From IMG/VR virus record IMGVR_UViG_3300006737_000026: 64,000 bases of DNA; one strand, written 5' to 3'. The notes beneath the pieces are model-generated. The model did not search any database and had not been told where the DNA came from. It saw only the letters and a program-made list of their open reading frames with translations. The stretch comes from an uncultured virus (IMG/VR IMGVR_UViG_3300006737_000026). Taxonomy: Duplodnaviria > Heunggongvirae > Uroviricota > Caudoviricetes. Of the stretch, positions 19,526-29,704 are shown one piece after another (position 1 is the first letter of the stretch; each line of letters begins with the position of its first letter). The position numbers were made by a program, and so were the translations under genes.

Positions 19526-20560
19526 ATGAAAACCCTTTTGATCACTGACCAACATTTTGGTGTTCGTAACGACAACCAACACTTTTTGGATCACTACAAA
19601 AAATTCTATACTGAAATTGTGATACCCTTTATCAAGGTATCTAAGATTGATACTGTGTTATGTCTGGGTGATACGTTTGATAAACGTAGATCAATTAACT
19701 TTATGTCGCTAGAAGCGGCAAAGGAAATGTGGTTTAACCCTCTTGAAGAGATGGGTGTGACAATGCACATGCTTGTGGGTAATCATGACATCTACTACAA
19801 AAACACTTTACGAGTTAATGCCCCAAGTGAATTACTGGGAGCATATGGGAACATCACAGTCTATGATGTCCCTACTACCGTTACTATTGGTGGTCTTCCT
19901 ATACTTTTTCTGCCTTGGATATGTGACGAGAATAGAGAAGAATCCCTCAGAACTATTAGTGAAAGTCCTGCTACTGTCGCTATGGGGCATCTTGAGCTTA
20001 ATGGATTTGAAGCTCACCCTGGTCATATGATGCACAATGGCATGGACTCAAACATGTTCAAACGGTTTGAGAAAGTGTTCAGTGGGCACTATCACATGAA
20101 ATCAAAACGAGATAATGTTCACTATCTCGGTAATCCTTATCAACTTTATTGGAATGACTACGGATGTAAAAGAGGATTCCATGTCTTTGACACAGAGACT
20201 CTTAAAACTACTTTTTACAGAAATCCCTTTGACACTTTTCATAAGCTCCATTATAATGGTGGAGTTAGCATACCGTCTGCGGACGAAATTAAAGGGTCCT
20301 TCGTCAAACTAATTGTCGAAGAGAAAGGTGATCATGCCAAGTTTGATTATGCAGTAAGACAACTGCAGGATCTAGGACTTGCTGATCTAAAAATCATCGA
20401 AGATCTAAGTGTTGATCTGGAGAATGGTGACGCGGTTCTGGAAACCGAAGACACGTTAACACTCCTTGACAACTACATAGATGAGATAGATTTGAAAGTT
20501 GATAAAAACAACATTAAAGCTGTTATGAGATCTTTGTACATCGAAGCTTCAGAACTCTAA
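19526..20560 (+). CDS. g47: recombination endonuclease subunit gp47 (Mre11/SbcD-like)
   Basis: ITDQHFG, LGDTFD, VGNHD, FSGHYH. Confidence 0.96.
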   Translation: MKTLLITDQHFGVRNDNQHFLDHYKKFYTEIVIPFIKVSKIDTVLCLGDTFDKRRSINFMSLEAAKEMWFNPLEEMGVTMHMLVGNHDIYYKNTLRVNAPSELLGAYGNITVYDVPTTVTIGGLPILFLPWICDENREESLRTISESPATVAMGHLELNGFEAHPGHMMHNGMDSNMFKRFEKVFSGHYHMKSKRDNVHYLGNPYQLYWNDYGCKRGFHVFDTETLKTTFYRNPFDTFHKLHYNGGVSIPSADEIKGSFVKLIVEEKGDHAKFDYAVRQLQDLGLADLKIIEDLSVDLENGDAVLETEDTLTLLDNYIDEIDLKVDKNNIKAVMRSLYIEASEL

Positions 20561-20811
20561 TGTTTATTTTAACCGACGTATCCAGTGGTGGCATTTACGC
20601 CACTACAGACAATTACGACAGAAAAGTCGTACATATCTTTGAGCAAGAAGAAGACGCTCAGAGATACATTACCCAATTGGCAGCAGATGATTATGAAGAT
20701 GATTTAGAAATTATGGAAGTTGAGCGTGAAGTTATTGCAATTAACTGCAACAACTATGGGTATCAATATTCCATCGTAACAAAAGACGACCTTGTAATTC
20801 CTCCACAGTAA
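20560..20811 (+). CDS. DUF3110-like hypothetical protein
   Basis: GIYA...IFEQEEDAQRY..QLAADDY. Confidence 0.6.
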   Translation: MFILTDVSSGGIYATTDNYDRKVVHIFEQEEDAQRYITQLAADDYEDDLEIMEVEREVIAINCNNYGYQYSIVTKDDLVIPPQ

Positions 20812-22532
20812 TGATTACTTTTGAAACTATTCGTTGGAAGAACTTTCTTTCAACAGGTGACCAATGGACCGAAATTGAATTAAACGAATCTCAATCAACC
20901 TTGATTGTTGGTACAAACGGTGCGGGTAAATCAACCATGCTCGATGCTTTGTGCTTTGCTTTGTTTAATAAACCCTTTCGTAAAATCAATAGGGGTCAAT
21001 TAGTCAATAGTATCAACGAAAAAGGAACTAAGGTAGAAGTTACTTTCTCTATTGGTAATGATGACTATCGTGTATTCAGAGGAATCAAACCTAATGTATT
21101 TGAACTTTATCGCAATAACAAACTGGTTGATCAGGATGCTGCTGCCAAAGACACACAGAAATACTTGGAGCAATCAATCCTCAAACTCAACTTCAAAAGT
21201 TTTACTCAAGTTGTCATACTGGGATCATCAACTTTTGTCCCCTTCATGCAACTCTCCACAAGTCACAGGCGAGAAGTTATTGAAGATCTACTCGATATCA
21301 ACATCTTCTCAAACATGAATCAGTTGCTAAAGGATCGTGTTCGTACTTCTGTTGCTCAGAGTAAGGATTGTGATCACTTAGTTAACAGTGCAGAAGAAAG
21401 AGTACAGTCTCAAAGAAAATTAATCTCATCTCTACAAGAGGTTAATGAAACTAGACAGAAAGAAAAGCAACAAAGAATTGCAACTAACCAAACAAGAATT
21501 GAAGAAGAGAAAAGTAATAAGTTAGATTTTGTTAAAGAACTTTCTCAAGTTGAGGAGTCGGTTGAAGGTGTTGATGATCAAAGAGATCTACTGAATGATC
21601 TTAGACAAAAGCAATCTGATGTTAATGCAGAACTGAAGTCTGCAGCAAAGGAACTTAAGTTCTTCAAAACACATGATGAGTGTCCTACTTGTTCTCAACA
21701 GATCGAACCAGCATTCCAGAATGCTGTGATTGGATCTCTAACTGGTAGAGGTACGATACTCACCAAAGAGTTCAAAGCATTGACAGAACAAATTGCTGAT
21801 GCAGTTGCTGTCATTGAGAAGATTGATGATATCTCTAAAAAATCTTTTGAACTTCAAAGTAAAATCTCTCGTAGTGATAAAGAAGTCGTTCGTTTGGAAT
21901 TTGAAAACCTGGAGATTCAAAAGGAACTGACTAGTCTCATGACAGACACTCCTAATATCAATGCCGAAGTTGAAACTCTTACAGCACTTGAGAAACAACT
22001 TGACGGAACTCTGAAAGAATGTGGTGAGGTTCGTAAAACTCTTGCTGAGTATCAGGTAGTATCAAATCTCTTGAAAGATTCTGGTATCAAGAGTCAGATC
22101 ATTAAAAAATATGTACCTATTTTCAATAATTTAATTAATAAATATCTGCAAAGTATGGACTTCTTTGTCAACTTTACCCTTGACGAAGAGTTTGGCGAAG
22201 TTATCAAAAGCAGATTTAGAGATGAATTTTCATATTCATCTTTCTCTGAGGGTGAGAAACAAAAGATTGACTTGGCACTATTATTCACTTGGCGCGAAGT
22301 TGCTCGTATGAAGAATAGTGTTGCTACAAACCTTCTGATTCTTGATGAAGTGTTTGATAGTTCCCTCGATGCTGCTGCTACTGGAGAACTTTTATCCATT
22401 CTTCGCAGTCTCGGTACTAGTACAAATCTATTTGTTATTAGTCACAAGGGTGAAATCTTAGTTGACAAGTTCCTCAGAACAATTAAATTTGAAAAGGTGA
22501 ATGATTTTTCAAAAATGTCGGACGATTCTTAG
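20811..22532 (+). CDS. g46: recombination ATPase gp46 (Rad50/SbcC-like)
   Basis: GTNGAGKS, CPTC zinc hook, FSEGEK, LILDEVFD. Confidence 0.97.
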   Translation: MITFETIRWKNFLSTGDQWTEIELNESQSTLIVGTNGAGKSTMLDALCFALFNKPFRKINRGQLVNSINEKGTKVEVTFSIGNDDYRVFRGIKPNVFELYRNNKLVDQDAAAKDTQKYLEQSILKLNFKSFTQVVILGSSTFVPFMQLSTSHRREVIEDLLDINIFSNMNQLLKDRVRTSVAQSKDCDHLVNSAEERVQSQRKLISSLQEVNETRQKEKQQRIATNQTRIEEEKSNKLDFVKELSQVEESVEGVDDQRDLLNDLRQKQSDVNAELKSAAKELKFFKTHDECPTCSQQIEPAFQNAVIGSLTGRGTILTKEFKALTEQIADAVAVIEKIDDISKKSFELQSKISRSDKEVVRLEFENLEIQKELTSLMTDTPNINAEVETLTALEKQLDGTLKECGEVRKTLAEYQVVSNLLKDSGIKSQIIKKYVPIFNNLINKYLQSMDFFVNFTLDEEFGEVIKSRFRDEFSYSSFSEGEKQKIDLALLFTWREVARMKNSVATNLLILDEVFDSSLDAAATGELLSILRSLGTSTNLFVISHKGEILVDKFLRTIKFEKVNDFSKMSDDS

Positions 22533-22758
22533 AGTTTGGAAATATGCACTGGGTTCGTTCTCTGATGAGAAGACCGAGAGGTATGACAATGCTATTGTCA
22601 TTGTACGATCTATCGTGTTTTTCAGTTATCTCATTACTAATTGCTTCATTGTTGCTGGAGTGGTCCGCCACTGGGACAGTAACCAAAGTGTCCCCATAGT
22701 GTCCCCACACCTTGACGACGGTGCTATACTAGAATCAAACAAACGAAAGACCGAATGA
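22501..22758 (+). CDS. hypothetical membrane protein
   Basis: RVWKYALGSFSDEKT plus a hydrophobic stretch; exact start uncertain. Confidence 0.5.
   Translation: MIFQKCRTILRVWKYALGSFSDEKTERYDNAIVIVRSIVFFSYLITNCFIVAGVVRHWDSNQSVPIVSPHLDDGAILESNKRKTE
22673..22730 (+). promoter_or_regulatory. early-type promoter: palindrome plus extended -10
   Basis: GGGACA-N10-TGTCCC, then 30 nt to TATACT with a TG extension. Confidence 0.65.
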
Positions 22759-24905
22759 TCAACCAGGAAGTCAAAGGCACTCTTGCCAAACTCCTCGCCA
22801 CCGAAAACCTTACTGTAGAGCATCGTAAGGTCAGCACGGCATGCTTTGACGTGGATACACGTCTGTTGATCCTCCCTATCTGGAAGACCGCTTCTAACAC
22901 CGTGTATGACCTCCTGGTGGGGCATGAGGTGGGACATGCTCTCTATACCCCCAACCAGTCCTATGAACCCGCTCCTAAGGCGTTTGTGAATGTCCTAGAG
23001 GATGCTCGTATCGAGCGTATGATGAAGGTGACCTATCCTGGTCTTCGCAAATCTTTCTTCTGCGGATACAAAGAGTTGTGGGATGATGATTTCTTTGGGG
23101 TTCGTGATGAAGATATGAGCACCCTTTCTCTGATTGATCGTATCAATCTTTACTACAAGGGTAATGCTCAGATTCCTTTCACTGAAGAAGAGAAGGTTTG
23201 GGTCAAGCGCACTAACGAAACTACATCATTTGATGATGTCATCAATCTGGCAATCGAATTGTATGAGTATGCTTGTGATAAGCAGCAGGAAAAAGAATCT
23301 ATCCCTGCTGAAGTGACACCTGATGGTGAGAAGTCTGCTGATAAGCAAGAGACAGTCACCAATGAAGGTGGTGAGTTGGAAGATGAAATGACCCACGAAG
23401 AGATGCTTGAAGAAGCAGCAAGGCGTGAGGGTGAATGGGATGATGAGAGAGACAGTGATGCTGATCTGGAAACACCTTCCTATGGTGGCACCAGCATGGA
23501 TGAGACCGTATCGATCACTGATGCTGCTCTACAGGAATCACTTCAGAGTCTTGTAGATGAGAATGCAAAGGAGTGGATCTATCTTTCTCTTCCTAAAGTG
23601 GATGTTGATAAGTGTATTATCAGTTATGGTGAAATTCAAAAGGAACTGAATGAGTGGTTCTATACAAGAGAGTATGGTGATGATGAGACTAGAATCTATC
23701 AACTGAATGCTGTTGATTATGGAATCAAGAAATACAATAGTTACAAGAAGTCTGCTCAAAAATCTGTTAACTACCTAGTCAAACAGTTTGAGATGAAAAA
23801 GTCTGCAGACAATTACAAGAGAACAGCAGTTGCAAAGACAGGTGTTATTGATACTAACTCTCTGTACAAGTACAAACTTACTGATGATATCTTTAAGAAG
23901 ATGACCATCACACCTGATGGTAAGAATCATGGTCTGATCATGTATCTTGACTGGTCTGGTTCTATGTCAGATGTTATGTTGGATACTCTGAAGCAAACTT
24001 TCAACCTGGTTTGGTTCTGTAAGAAAGCAGGTATTCCTTTCCGTGTCTATGCATTCCAAAGTGGCATCCATTCTTTCTATGGATCTGACAAGGATGTGCA
24101 TCCTGGTTTTGAAAGAAAGGATAATGTTCTCTCTTCTACCAGTGACTTCCGACTTCTAGAGATGTTCTCTTCTCGTCAGAATGCTCGCTCTCTTGAGAAG
24201 TCTATGCAACTTGTTTTCCTACAAGTATTCTCTTTCAACGGATGGAGACTTCCTACCTGCCGTACTTACAATCTTGGCGGTACTCCTTTGGCAGAAGCAG
24301 TTCTTTGCACCCGTGATTTGGTTACTAAGATCAAACGACTTGAGAATGTGCAGAAAGTAAATGTTGTTGCTTTGACTGATGGTGAAGCAAATCCGATGTC
24401 TTTCTTGTCACCTTATCCTGAAGGCATGAATGTTATGGACAGGGATTTCCGTTCCAACTATCTTTGCCATCATCACCACAAAGTATTCTTCCTGAAGGAT
24501 CCTAAGACTGGATACACTCGTAAACTTAACAACAGTCCCTACGAAACTACCAAAGAGATTGTGAGTTTCTATCGTGAGATCACTGACTACAATTGGATTG
24601 GAATTCGTATCTGCTCTAAAGCAGAACTTGGTAGGGTTGTTCGTGGTCTTCCCTTCATGGATGGTGAAGCAATTGATAAGCAATGGAAGAAACAACGCTT
24701 TGCTTCTATCAAGAATGAAGTAGGATTCACTGAGTCTTTCTATATGCCTGATAGGGGAATTGGAATGGGAACTCAAGACTTGGAAGTAAAGACTAAGAAA
24801 GAAGTTGCTACCAAGGCAGAACTCGCCCGTGCATTCAAAAAACACATGGGTTCTAAAATGACAAACAAAACTATCCTCAATGCATTCATTGAGCAAATCG
24901 CATGA
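22755..24905 (+). CDS. HExxH metallopeptidase-like plus vWA domain protein (CobT-like partner of the AAA+)
   Basis: GHEVGH...NVLEDARIE, acidic linker, LDWSGSM MIDAS, GGTPL, LTDGEAN. Confidence 0.82.
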   Translation: MINQEVKGTLAKLLATENLTVEHRKVSTACFDVDTRLLILPIWKTASNTVYDLLVGHEVGHALYTPNQSYEPAPKAFVNVLEDARIERMMKVTYPGLRKSFFCGYKELWDDDFFGVRDEDMSTLSLIDRINLYYKGNAQIPFTEEEKVWVKRTNETTSFDDVINLAIELYEYACDKQQEKESIPAEVTPDGEKSADKQETVTNEGGELEDEMTHEEMLEEAARREGEWDDERDSDADLETPSYGGTSMDETVSITDAALQESLQSLVDENAKEWIYLSLPKVDVDKCIISYGEIQKELNEWFYTREYGDDETRIYQLNAVDYGIKKYNSYKKSAQKSVNYLVKQFEMKKSADNYKRTAVAKTGVIDTNSLYKYKLTDDIFKKMTITPDGKNHGLIMYLDWSGSMSDVMLDTLKQTFNLVWFCKKAGIPFRVYAFQSGIHSFYGSDKDVHPGFERKDNVLSSTSDFRLLEMFSSRQNARSLEKSMQLVFLQVFSFNGWRLPTCRTYNLGGTPLAEAVLCTRDLVTKIKRLENVQKVNVVALTDGEANPMSFLSPYPEGMNVMDRDFRSNYLCHHHHKVFFLKDPKTGYTRKLNNSPYETTKEIVSFYREITDYNWIGIRICSKAELGRVVRGLPFMDGEAIDKQWKKQRFASIKNEVGFTESFYMPDRGIGMGTQDLEVKTKKEVATKAELARAFKKHMGSKMTNKTILNAFIEQIA

Positions 24906-25045
24906 AGTGTAAAGTACAACTGTTCATCGCTGGCACCGTGTTTGATGAGATCGTAGTTGCAAGAGACTACGATCATGCCAGAAAGATCGCTCTCGCTCGC
25001 AACCCTGAAGCAACCGTGATGGGTGTGACAGCAGTGTTCGATTAA
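24902..25045 (+). CDS. hypothetical protein (47 aa)
   Basis: ATGA-coupled; MKCKVQLFIAGTVFDEIVVARDYDHARKIALARNP... Confidence 0.6.
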   Translation: MKCKVQLFIAGTVFDEIVVARDYDHARKIALARNPEATVMGVTAVFD

Positions 25046-25047
25046 AT

Positions 25048-25091
25048 AACTGTCCCAGGACTGGCACAAACCCCAGTCCATCTGCTATAAT
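25048..25091 (+). promoter_or_regulatory. early-type promoter (half palindrome plus extended -10)
   Basis: AACTGTCCC, then 29 nt to TATAAT with a TG extension. Confidence 0.6.
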
Positions 25092-25124
25092 AAACACATA
25101 CAAACAAAACAATCCGAGAATCCA

Positions 25125-26204
25125 ATGCCTTTCGCTCCAAACCCAGTCACCACCGAACAACTCGTAGAGTATCTTACTGATAAAGTTGGCACTGAAGTCG
25201 GATGTAACAACATTCGGGAAGCAGCAGATTCTCTGAATGTATCCTATGCTACTGCCTGTAAGCGCCTGAAGGATTATAAATCAGGTACGGGTAAGTGGAA
25301 TCTCTCTGCTCAAGAAATTGCGCGAGCATATGAGGCACCTTCCGCTGCCCCTGCAATCGAAGTATCCTACGTTCCTAATAAAGATGGTTCCTATGTCCCT
25401 TTTGGTAACTTCAGCAATGTTCGCAAAGTTATCTCCTCTCGTCAATTCTACCCTGTCTTTATCACAGGACTTTCGGGAAATGGTAAAACCCTGTCCGTTG
25501 AGCAGGCTTGTGCTGCAACGAATCGCGAGTTGATTCGTGTCAACATCACAATCGAAACGGATGAGGATGATCTTATTGGTGGTTTCCGTCTCGTCAATGG
25601 CGATACTGTTTGGCACAATGGTCCTGTCATCGAGGCTCTGGAGAGGGGAGCTGTACTTCTTCTAGACGAGATCGACCTTGCTAGTAACAAGATCCTGTGT
25701 CTGCAGTCTGTCCTTGAGGGTAAGGGTGTCTTCCTGAAGAAGATTGGTAAGTATATCCAACCCAAAGAAGGATTCAATGTTATTGCTACTGCCAATACCA
25801 AAGGCAAGGGTTCTGATGACGGTCGCTTTGTGGGAACCAATATCCTGAACGAAGCGTTCCTTGAAAGGTTCCCAATCACATTTGAGCAGGATTATCCTTC
25901 TGCTGCCATTGAGCATAAGATTCTTATGAACTCTGGTTGTGATGAGATCTTTGCAGACAATCTGATCAAGTGGGCAGGTGTGATCCGTAAGACTTTCTTT
26001 GACGGTGGTGTTGATGAAGTTGTTACTACCCGTCGTCTTGTTCATATCGTTCGTGCCTTTGAAATCTTTGGTGATCGCATGACAGCAATTACCACTTGCA
26101 CCAACCGATTTGATGAAGATACTAAGCAATCTTTCCTCGATCTCTATACGAAGGTTGACGCAGGAGAAGATTCGGAATATAATGAAGTTGAAGAAACCCT
26201 CTGA
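25125..26204 (+). CDS. cobS: MoxR/CobS-like AAA+ ATPase
   Basis: GLSGNGKT, LLLDEID, ATANTKGKG, NEAFLERF, TTRRL. Confidence 0.9.
   Translation: MPFAPNPVTTEQLVEYLTDKVGTEVGCNNIREAADSLNVSYATACKRLKDYKSGTGKWNLSAQEIARAYEAPSAAPAIEVSYVPNKDGSYVPFGNFSNVRKVISSRQFYPVFITGLSGNGKTLSVEQACAATNRELIRVNITIETDEDDLIGGFRLVNGDTVWHNGPVIEALERGAVLLLDEIDLASNKILCLQSVLEGKGVFLKKIGKYIQPKEGFNVIATANTKGKGSDDGRFVGTNILNEAFLERFPITFEQDYPSAAIEHKILMNSGCDEIFADNLIKWAGVIRKTFFDGGVDEVVTTRRLVHIVRAFEIFGDRMTAITTCTNRFDEDTKQSFLDLYTKVDAGEDSEYNEVEETL
26155..26183 (+). promoter_or_regulatory. sigma70-type promoter
   Basis: TTGACG-17-TATAAT inside the cobS 3' end, upstream of the g45 block. Confidence 0.7.
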
Positions 26205-26206
26205 TT

Positions 26207-26491
26207 ATGAAATACAATGAAGAAGAGCTCCTTCGGGAGCTCAAAGACTATATCATTGGCACATACAATCAGCACTATGCAACTGGCGATGATAGTGTCC
26301 AGACGCTAGATCTGATTGATGCCTGTGGAGATGCTGAGGCATTCTGTAGGAGCAACATCCTAAAGTATGCTTCTCGATATGATAGGAAAGGAACTGCCCG
26401 TCGTGACATCATCAAGATCCTTCACTACGGTCTTCTCCTTCTTTACTTCAGCGACAAATCTGCACCCCCTACTGAAACGTATCCTCAATGA
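26207..26491 (+). CDS. DUF3310-like protein
   Basis: QHYA...DLIDAC..AFCRSNILKYASRYDRKG...DIIKILHY. Confidence 0.7.
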   Translation: MKYNEEELLRELKDYIIGTYNQHYATGDDSVQTLDLIDACGDAEAFCRSNILKYASRYDRKGTARRDIIKILHYGLLLLYFSDKSAPPTETYPQ

Positions 26492-27153
26492 CCGTAATTA
26501 CCCGCCCAACAATTGAAGTCCTCAAGAACTTTTGTTCAATCAATAAATCTATTGTCATCAAACCTGGCAATACAATTGCTACTCTTAGTATCAACAAAAA
26601 CATTCTTGCTATCGCTAAAGTCGAAGAGCAGTTTGATTCGCAGATTTCTATTTACGATCTGGGTGTATTCCTTGGCGGTCTGTCTCTCTTTGATGCGCCG
26701 AAGATCGATACTACCGAGTCCAATTACGTCACTGTAAGTGATACAGCAGGCAAGTCGAAGACTCGTTTCTTCTATGCTGACCCTGATATCATCACTCAAC
26801 CACCTGAGAAAGAGATCAACCTTCCTAGTTGTGATGTAGATTTCGTTCTCCCTGCTACGGCATTGCAGCAACTGCAACGTGCTGCTAGTATCTATCAACT
26901 GCCTGACCTGTGTCTTCATGCTGACGGTGCTCAGATGTTCCTATCTGTGACTGATCGTAAGAACGATACTTCCAACAGTTACTCTGTTCAGGTTGAAGGT
27001 ATGCCTATGGAGGACACTGATCGGTTCTGCTATTGCTTCAAAGTGGAGAATCTGAAACTCCTGCCTGGTGGATACAACGTTTACATTAGTAAGCAGAACG
27101 TTGCTAGGTTTGAGGGTGAAAACATTAAATACTTTATTGCACTAGAACCGTGA
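26488..27153 (+). CDS. g45: sliding clamp gp45
   Basis: LKNFCSINKSI, IYDLGVFL, FKVENLK, YFIALEP. Confidence 0.95.
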   Translation: MTVITRPTIEVLKNFCSINKSIVIKPGNTIATLSINKNILAIAKVEEQFDSQISIYDLGVFLGGLSLFDAPKIDTTESNYVTVSDTAGKSKTRFFYADPDIITQPPEKEINLPSCDVDFVLPATALQQLQRAASIYQLPDLCLHADGAQMFLSVTDRKNDTSNSYSVQVEGMPMEDTDRFCYCFKVENLKLLPGGYNVYISKQNVARFEGENIKYFIALEP

Positions 27154-27159
27154 CCCATT

Positions 27160-27501
27160 ATGCGACACATCATATTCACACTGAAAGGTTGCCCCTTTCC
27201 GCTTTGTGATGATGAATCGCACATCCGCACTATGCTTGTGAATGCTGCTGTAATGTCCAACAGCACATTACTAGATGTGTCCTCCCATAAGTTTGAACCT
27301 TATGGTGTAACCGCTATCGCACTTCTTGCTGAATCACATATCAGCATCCATACATGGCCAGAGAAGTGCATGGCGGTATGTGACGTGTTCACCTGTGGCG
27401 AACACACTCTCCCTCAATCAGCAGCACAATACATGTTTGAACGCATGGAAGCAACTGACTGGGTGGGAACTGAAATTAAACGACCTTTAGATGATGAATG
27501 A
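27160..27501 (+). CDS. speD: S-adenosylmethionine decarboxylase proenzyme family (pyruvoyl)
   Basis: HKFEPYGVT, LLAESHISIHTWPE (E-S cleavage site), DVFTCG. Confidence 0.9.
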   Translation: MRHIIFTLKGCPFPLCDDESHIRTMLVNAAVMSNSTLLDVSSHKFEPYGVTAIALLAESHISIHTWPEKCMAVCDVFTCGEHTLPQSAAQYMFERMEATDWVGTEIKRPLDDE

Positions 27502-28435
27502 TTTTTTGTGGGTAGAGAAGTATCGTCCTCAGACTGTGGATGAATGCATTCTCCCCGAATCCGTGAAAGACACCTTTAAGAGTTTTATTGAGCAGGGTGA
27601 AATTCCCAACCTCCTGCTTACTGGAACTGCTGGTGTTGGTAAGACTACTATTGCCAAGGCACTCTGCAATGAATTGGGAGCAGACTACTATGTTATCAAT
27701 GGGTCCGATGAAGGTAGATTCCTGGACACTGTACGCAATCAGGCAAAGAACTTTGCCTCTACTGTGTCTCTCACTTCTACTGCTCGTCACAAAGTTCTTA
27801 TCATTGATGAGGCAGATAACACGACGCCAGATGTACAACTTCTGCTTCGTGCAAGTATCGAAGAGTTCCAGAAAAACTGTAGGTTCATATTCACTTGTAA
27901 CTTCAAAAACAAGATTATTACACCGCTACATAGCAGAACAACAGTAGTTGAATTTAATGTCCGTGGGCAAACTAAACAACAGTTGGCAGCGTCTTTCTTC
28001 GATCGCTGCAGAGATATCCTCGAACGCGAGAAGGTCACCTTTGCGCCACGAGTTGTGGCAGAAGTCGTACAAAAATACTTCCCAGATTTCCGACGCACCC
28101 TCAACGAACTGCAGCGATATTCAAGCACAGGGTCTATTGACACTGGCATTCTGGCGGCGCTAGGTGATGCTAATATCGATTCTCTAGTTGAGAGTCTGAA
28201 GAACAAAAAGTTCAACGATGTTAAGAAGTGGGTAACCCAGAACCTTGATTCTGATCCTGCTGCCATCATGCGTAAACTCTATGACAATCTGTCTAGTGTG
28301 ATGGATGGTCCTAGTGTTGCTGCTGCTGTATTGATCATTGCAGAGTATCAATATAAGTCTGCCTTTGTGGTAGATCAAGAGATCAATCTTCTTGCTTGTC
28401 TTACACAACTAATGCTGGAGTGTAACTTCAAATGA
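27491..28435 (+). CDS. g44: clamp loader large subunit gp44
   Basis: LWVEKYRP, GTAGVGKTT, IIDEAD, PLHSR. Confidence 0.96.
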   Translation: MMNDFLWVEKYRPQTVDECILPESVKDTFKSFIEQGEIPNLLLTGTAGVGKTTIAKALCNELGADYYVINGSDEGRFLDTVRNQAKNFASTVSLTSTARHKVLIIDEADNTTPDVQLLLRASIEEFQKNCRFIFTCNFKNKIITPLHSRTTVVEFNVRGQTKQQLAASFFDRCRDILEREKVTFAPRVVAEVVQKYFPDFRRTLNELQRYSSTGSIDTGILAALGDANIDSLVESLKNKKFNDVKKWVTQNLDSDPAAIMRKLYDNLSSVMDGPSVAAAVLIIAEYQYKSAFVVDQEINLLACLTQLMLECNFK

Positions 28436-28575
28436 TCAAACAAATCAAGTCACATTGGTATTATGTTTTCTGGGGTGCTGCTACAGTTGCTGTAGTTGCA
28501 GGTCAGATTTACATCGGATCTGGTTACTACCAGATGTCAAATTCTATTAATTCTATCGTGGAGAAACTTAAATGA
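28432..28575 (+). CDS. small membrane protein (47 aa)
   Basis: ATGA-coupled both sides; MIKQIKSHWYYVFWGAATVAVVAGQIYIG... Confidence 0.6.
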   Translation: MIKQIKSHWYYVFWGAATVAVVAGQIYIGSGYYQMSNSINSIVEKLK

Positions 28576-28874
28576 CTGTACAGTACATCCGTCTAATCAG
28601 TGGAGAGAATGTCGTTGCTGATATTATTGAGGACACTGCAGAAGGTATCACTGTATGTGATGCTATTACCGCTGTCCCTGCTAACGCTGAAGGCACACAA
28701 CTGGGATTTGTCCCTTTCGCACCTCTACAAGATCCTGACGAAAAAGAACTTACAATTCCTAGACAGTTTGTAATGTTCGTGGTCAAACTTGCACCCAACC
28801 TGGAAGAACAGTATAATAAGATGTTCAATCGCACCAGTGTGATCTCTGCTCCGACTAAGAAACTGATTCTATGA
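28572..28874 (+). CDS. conserved hypothetical (Sm-like) protein
   Basis: IRLISGENVVA...LGFVPFAP...YNKMF..VISAP. Confidence 0.7.
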   Translation: MTVQYIRLISGENVVADIIEDTAEGITVCDAITAVPANAEGTQLGFVPFAPLQDPDEKELTIPRQFVMFVVKLAPNLEEQYNKMFNRTSVISAPTKKLIL

Positions 28875-29704
28875 CATCTTTGAAAACTCCTCTTCGTTAT
28901 CCTGGTGGTAAGTCCCGTGCTGTCAAAAAGATGGCACAGTTCTTTCCACTCTTTTCTGACTATAAAGAGTTTCGCGAACCTTTCCTTGGCGGTGGTTCTG
29001 TAGCACTGTACATCACACAGATGTATCCTCATCTAGATATCTGGGTGAATGATCTGTACGAACCTCTATACACATTCTGGACCCAACTACAGGAGAATAG
29101 TAATGAAATTAGGTCCCAACTCATCCAACTTAAACAAAGGCACCCTGACCCCAGTTCGGCAAAATATCTTTTCCTGGAGTCTAAAGAATATCTTGCCAAA
29201 CCCTGCAGACAGACTGATGCTACGGCTCGTGCTGTCAGTTTCTATATTGTTAACAAGTGCTCTTTTTCTGGTCTCTCTGAGTCCTCCTCGTTCAGCAAGC
29301 AGGCGTCAGACTCAAACTTTAGTGTGCGAGGAATTGAAAAACTCCCCTACTATGGACAACTCATCAAGGACTGGAGAATCACTAATCTGTCGTATGAAGA
29401 ATTGATGACAGACGACAAGTCTGCATTTGTTTATCTGGATCCTCCTTATGAAATTAAATCCAACCTATACGGGAAGAGAGGCGACATGCATAAGGGATTT
29501 GATCATGACAAGTTTTCTTTTGATTGTGATAAGTTCAAATGTGATCAAATGGTTTCATACAATTCTTCCAACCTGATTAAGTCTCGTTTCTTAGATTGGA
29601 AACCGTATGAATATGATCATACATATACGATGAGATCGGTGGGTGAATATATGAAAGAGCAGCAACAACGTAAAGAACTTCTCCTCCTGAATTATGTCGT
29701 ATGA
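28871..29704 (+). CDS. dam: DNA adenine methyltransferase (D12 class)
   Basis: PLRYPGGKSR, EPFLGGGS, YLDPPY. Confidence 0.92.
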   Translation: MTSLKTPLRYPGGKSRAVKKMAQFFPLFSDYKEFREPFLGGGSVALYITQMYPHLDIWVNDLYEPLYTFWTQLQENSNEIRSQLIQLKQRHPDPSSAKYLFLESKEYLAKPCRQTDATARAVSFYIVNKCSFSGLSESSSFSKQASDSNFSVRGIEKLPYYGQLIKDWRITNLSYEELMTDDKSAFVYLDPPYEIKSNLYGKRGDMHKGFDHDKFSFDCDKFKCDQMVSYNSSNLIKSRFLDWKPYEYDHTYTMRSVGEYMKEQQQRKELLLLNYVV

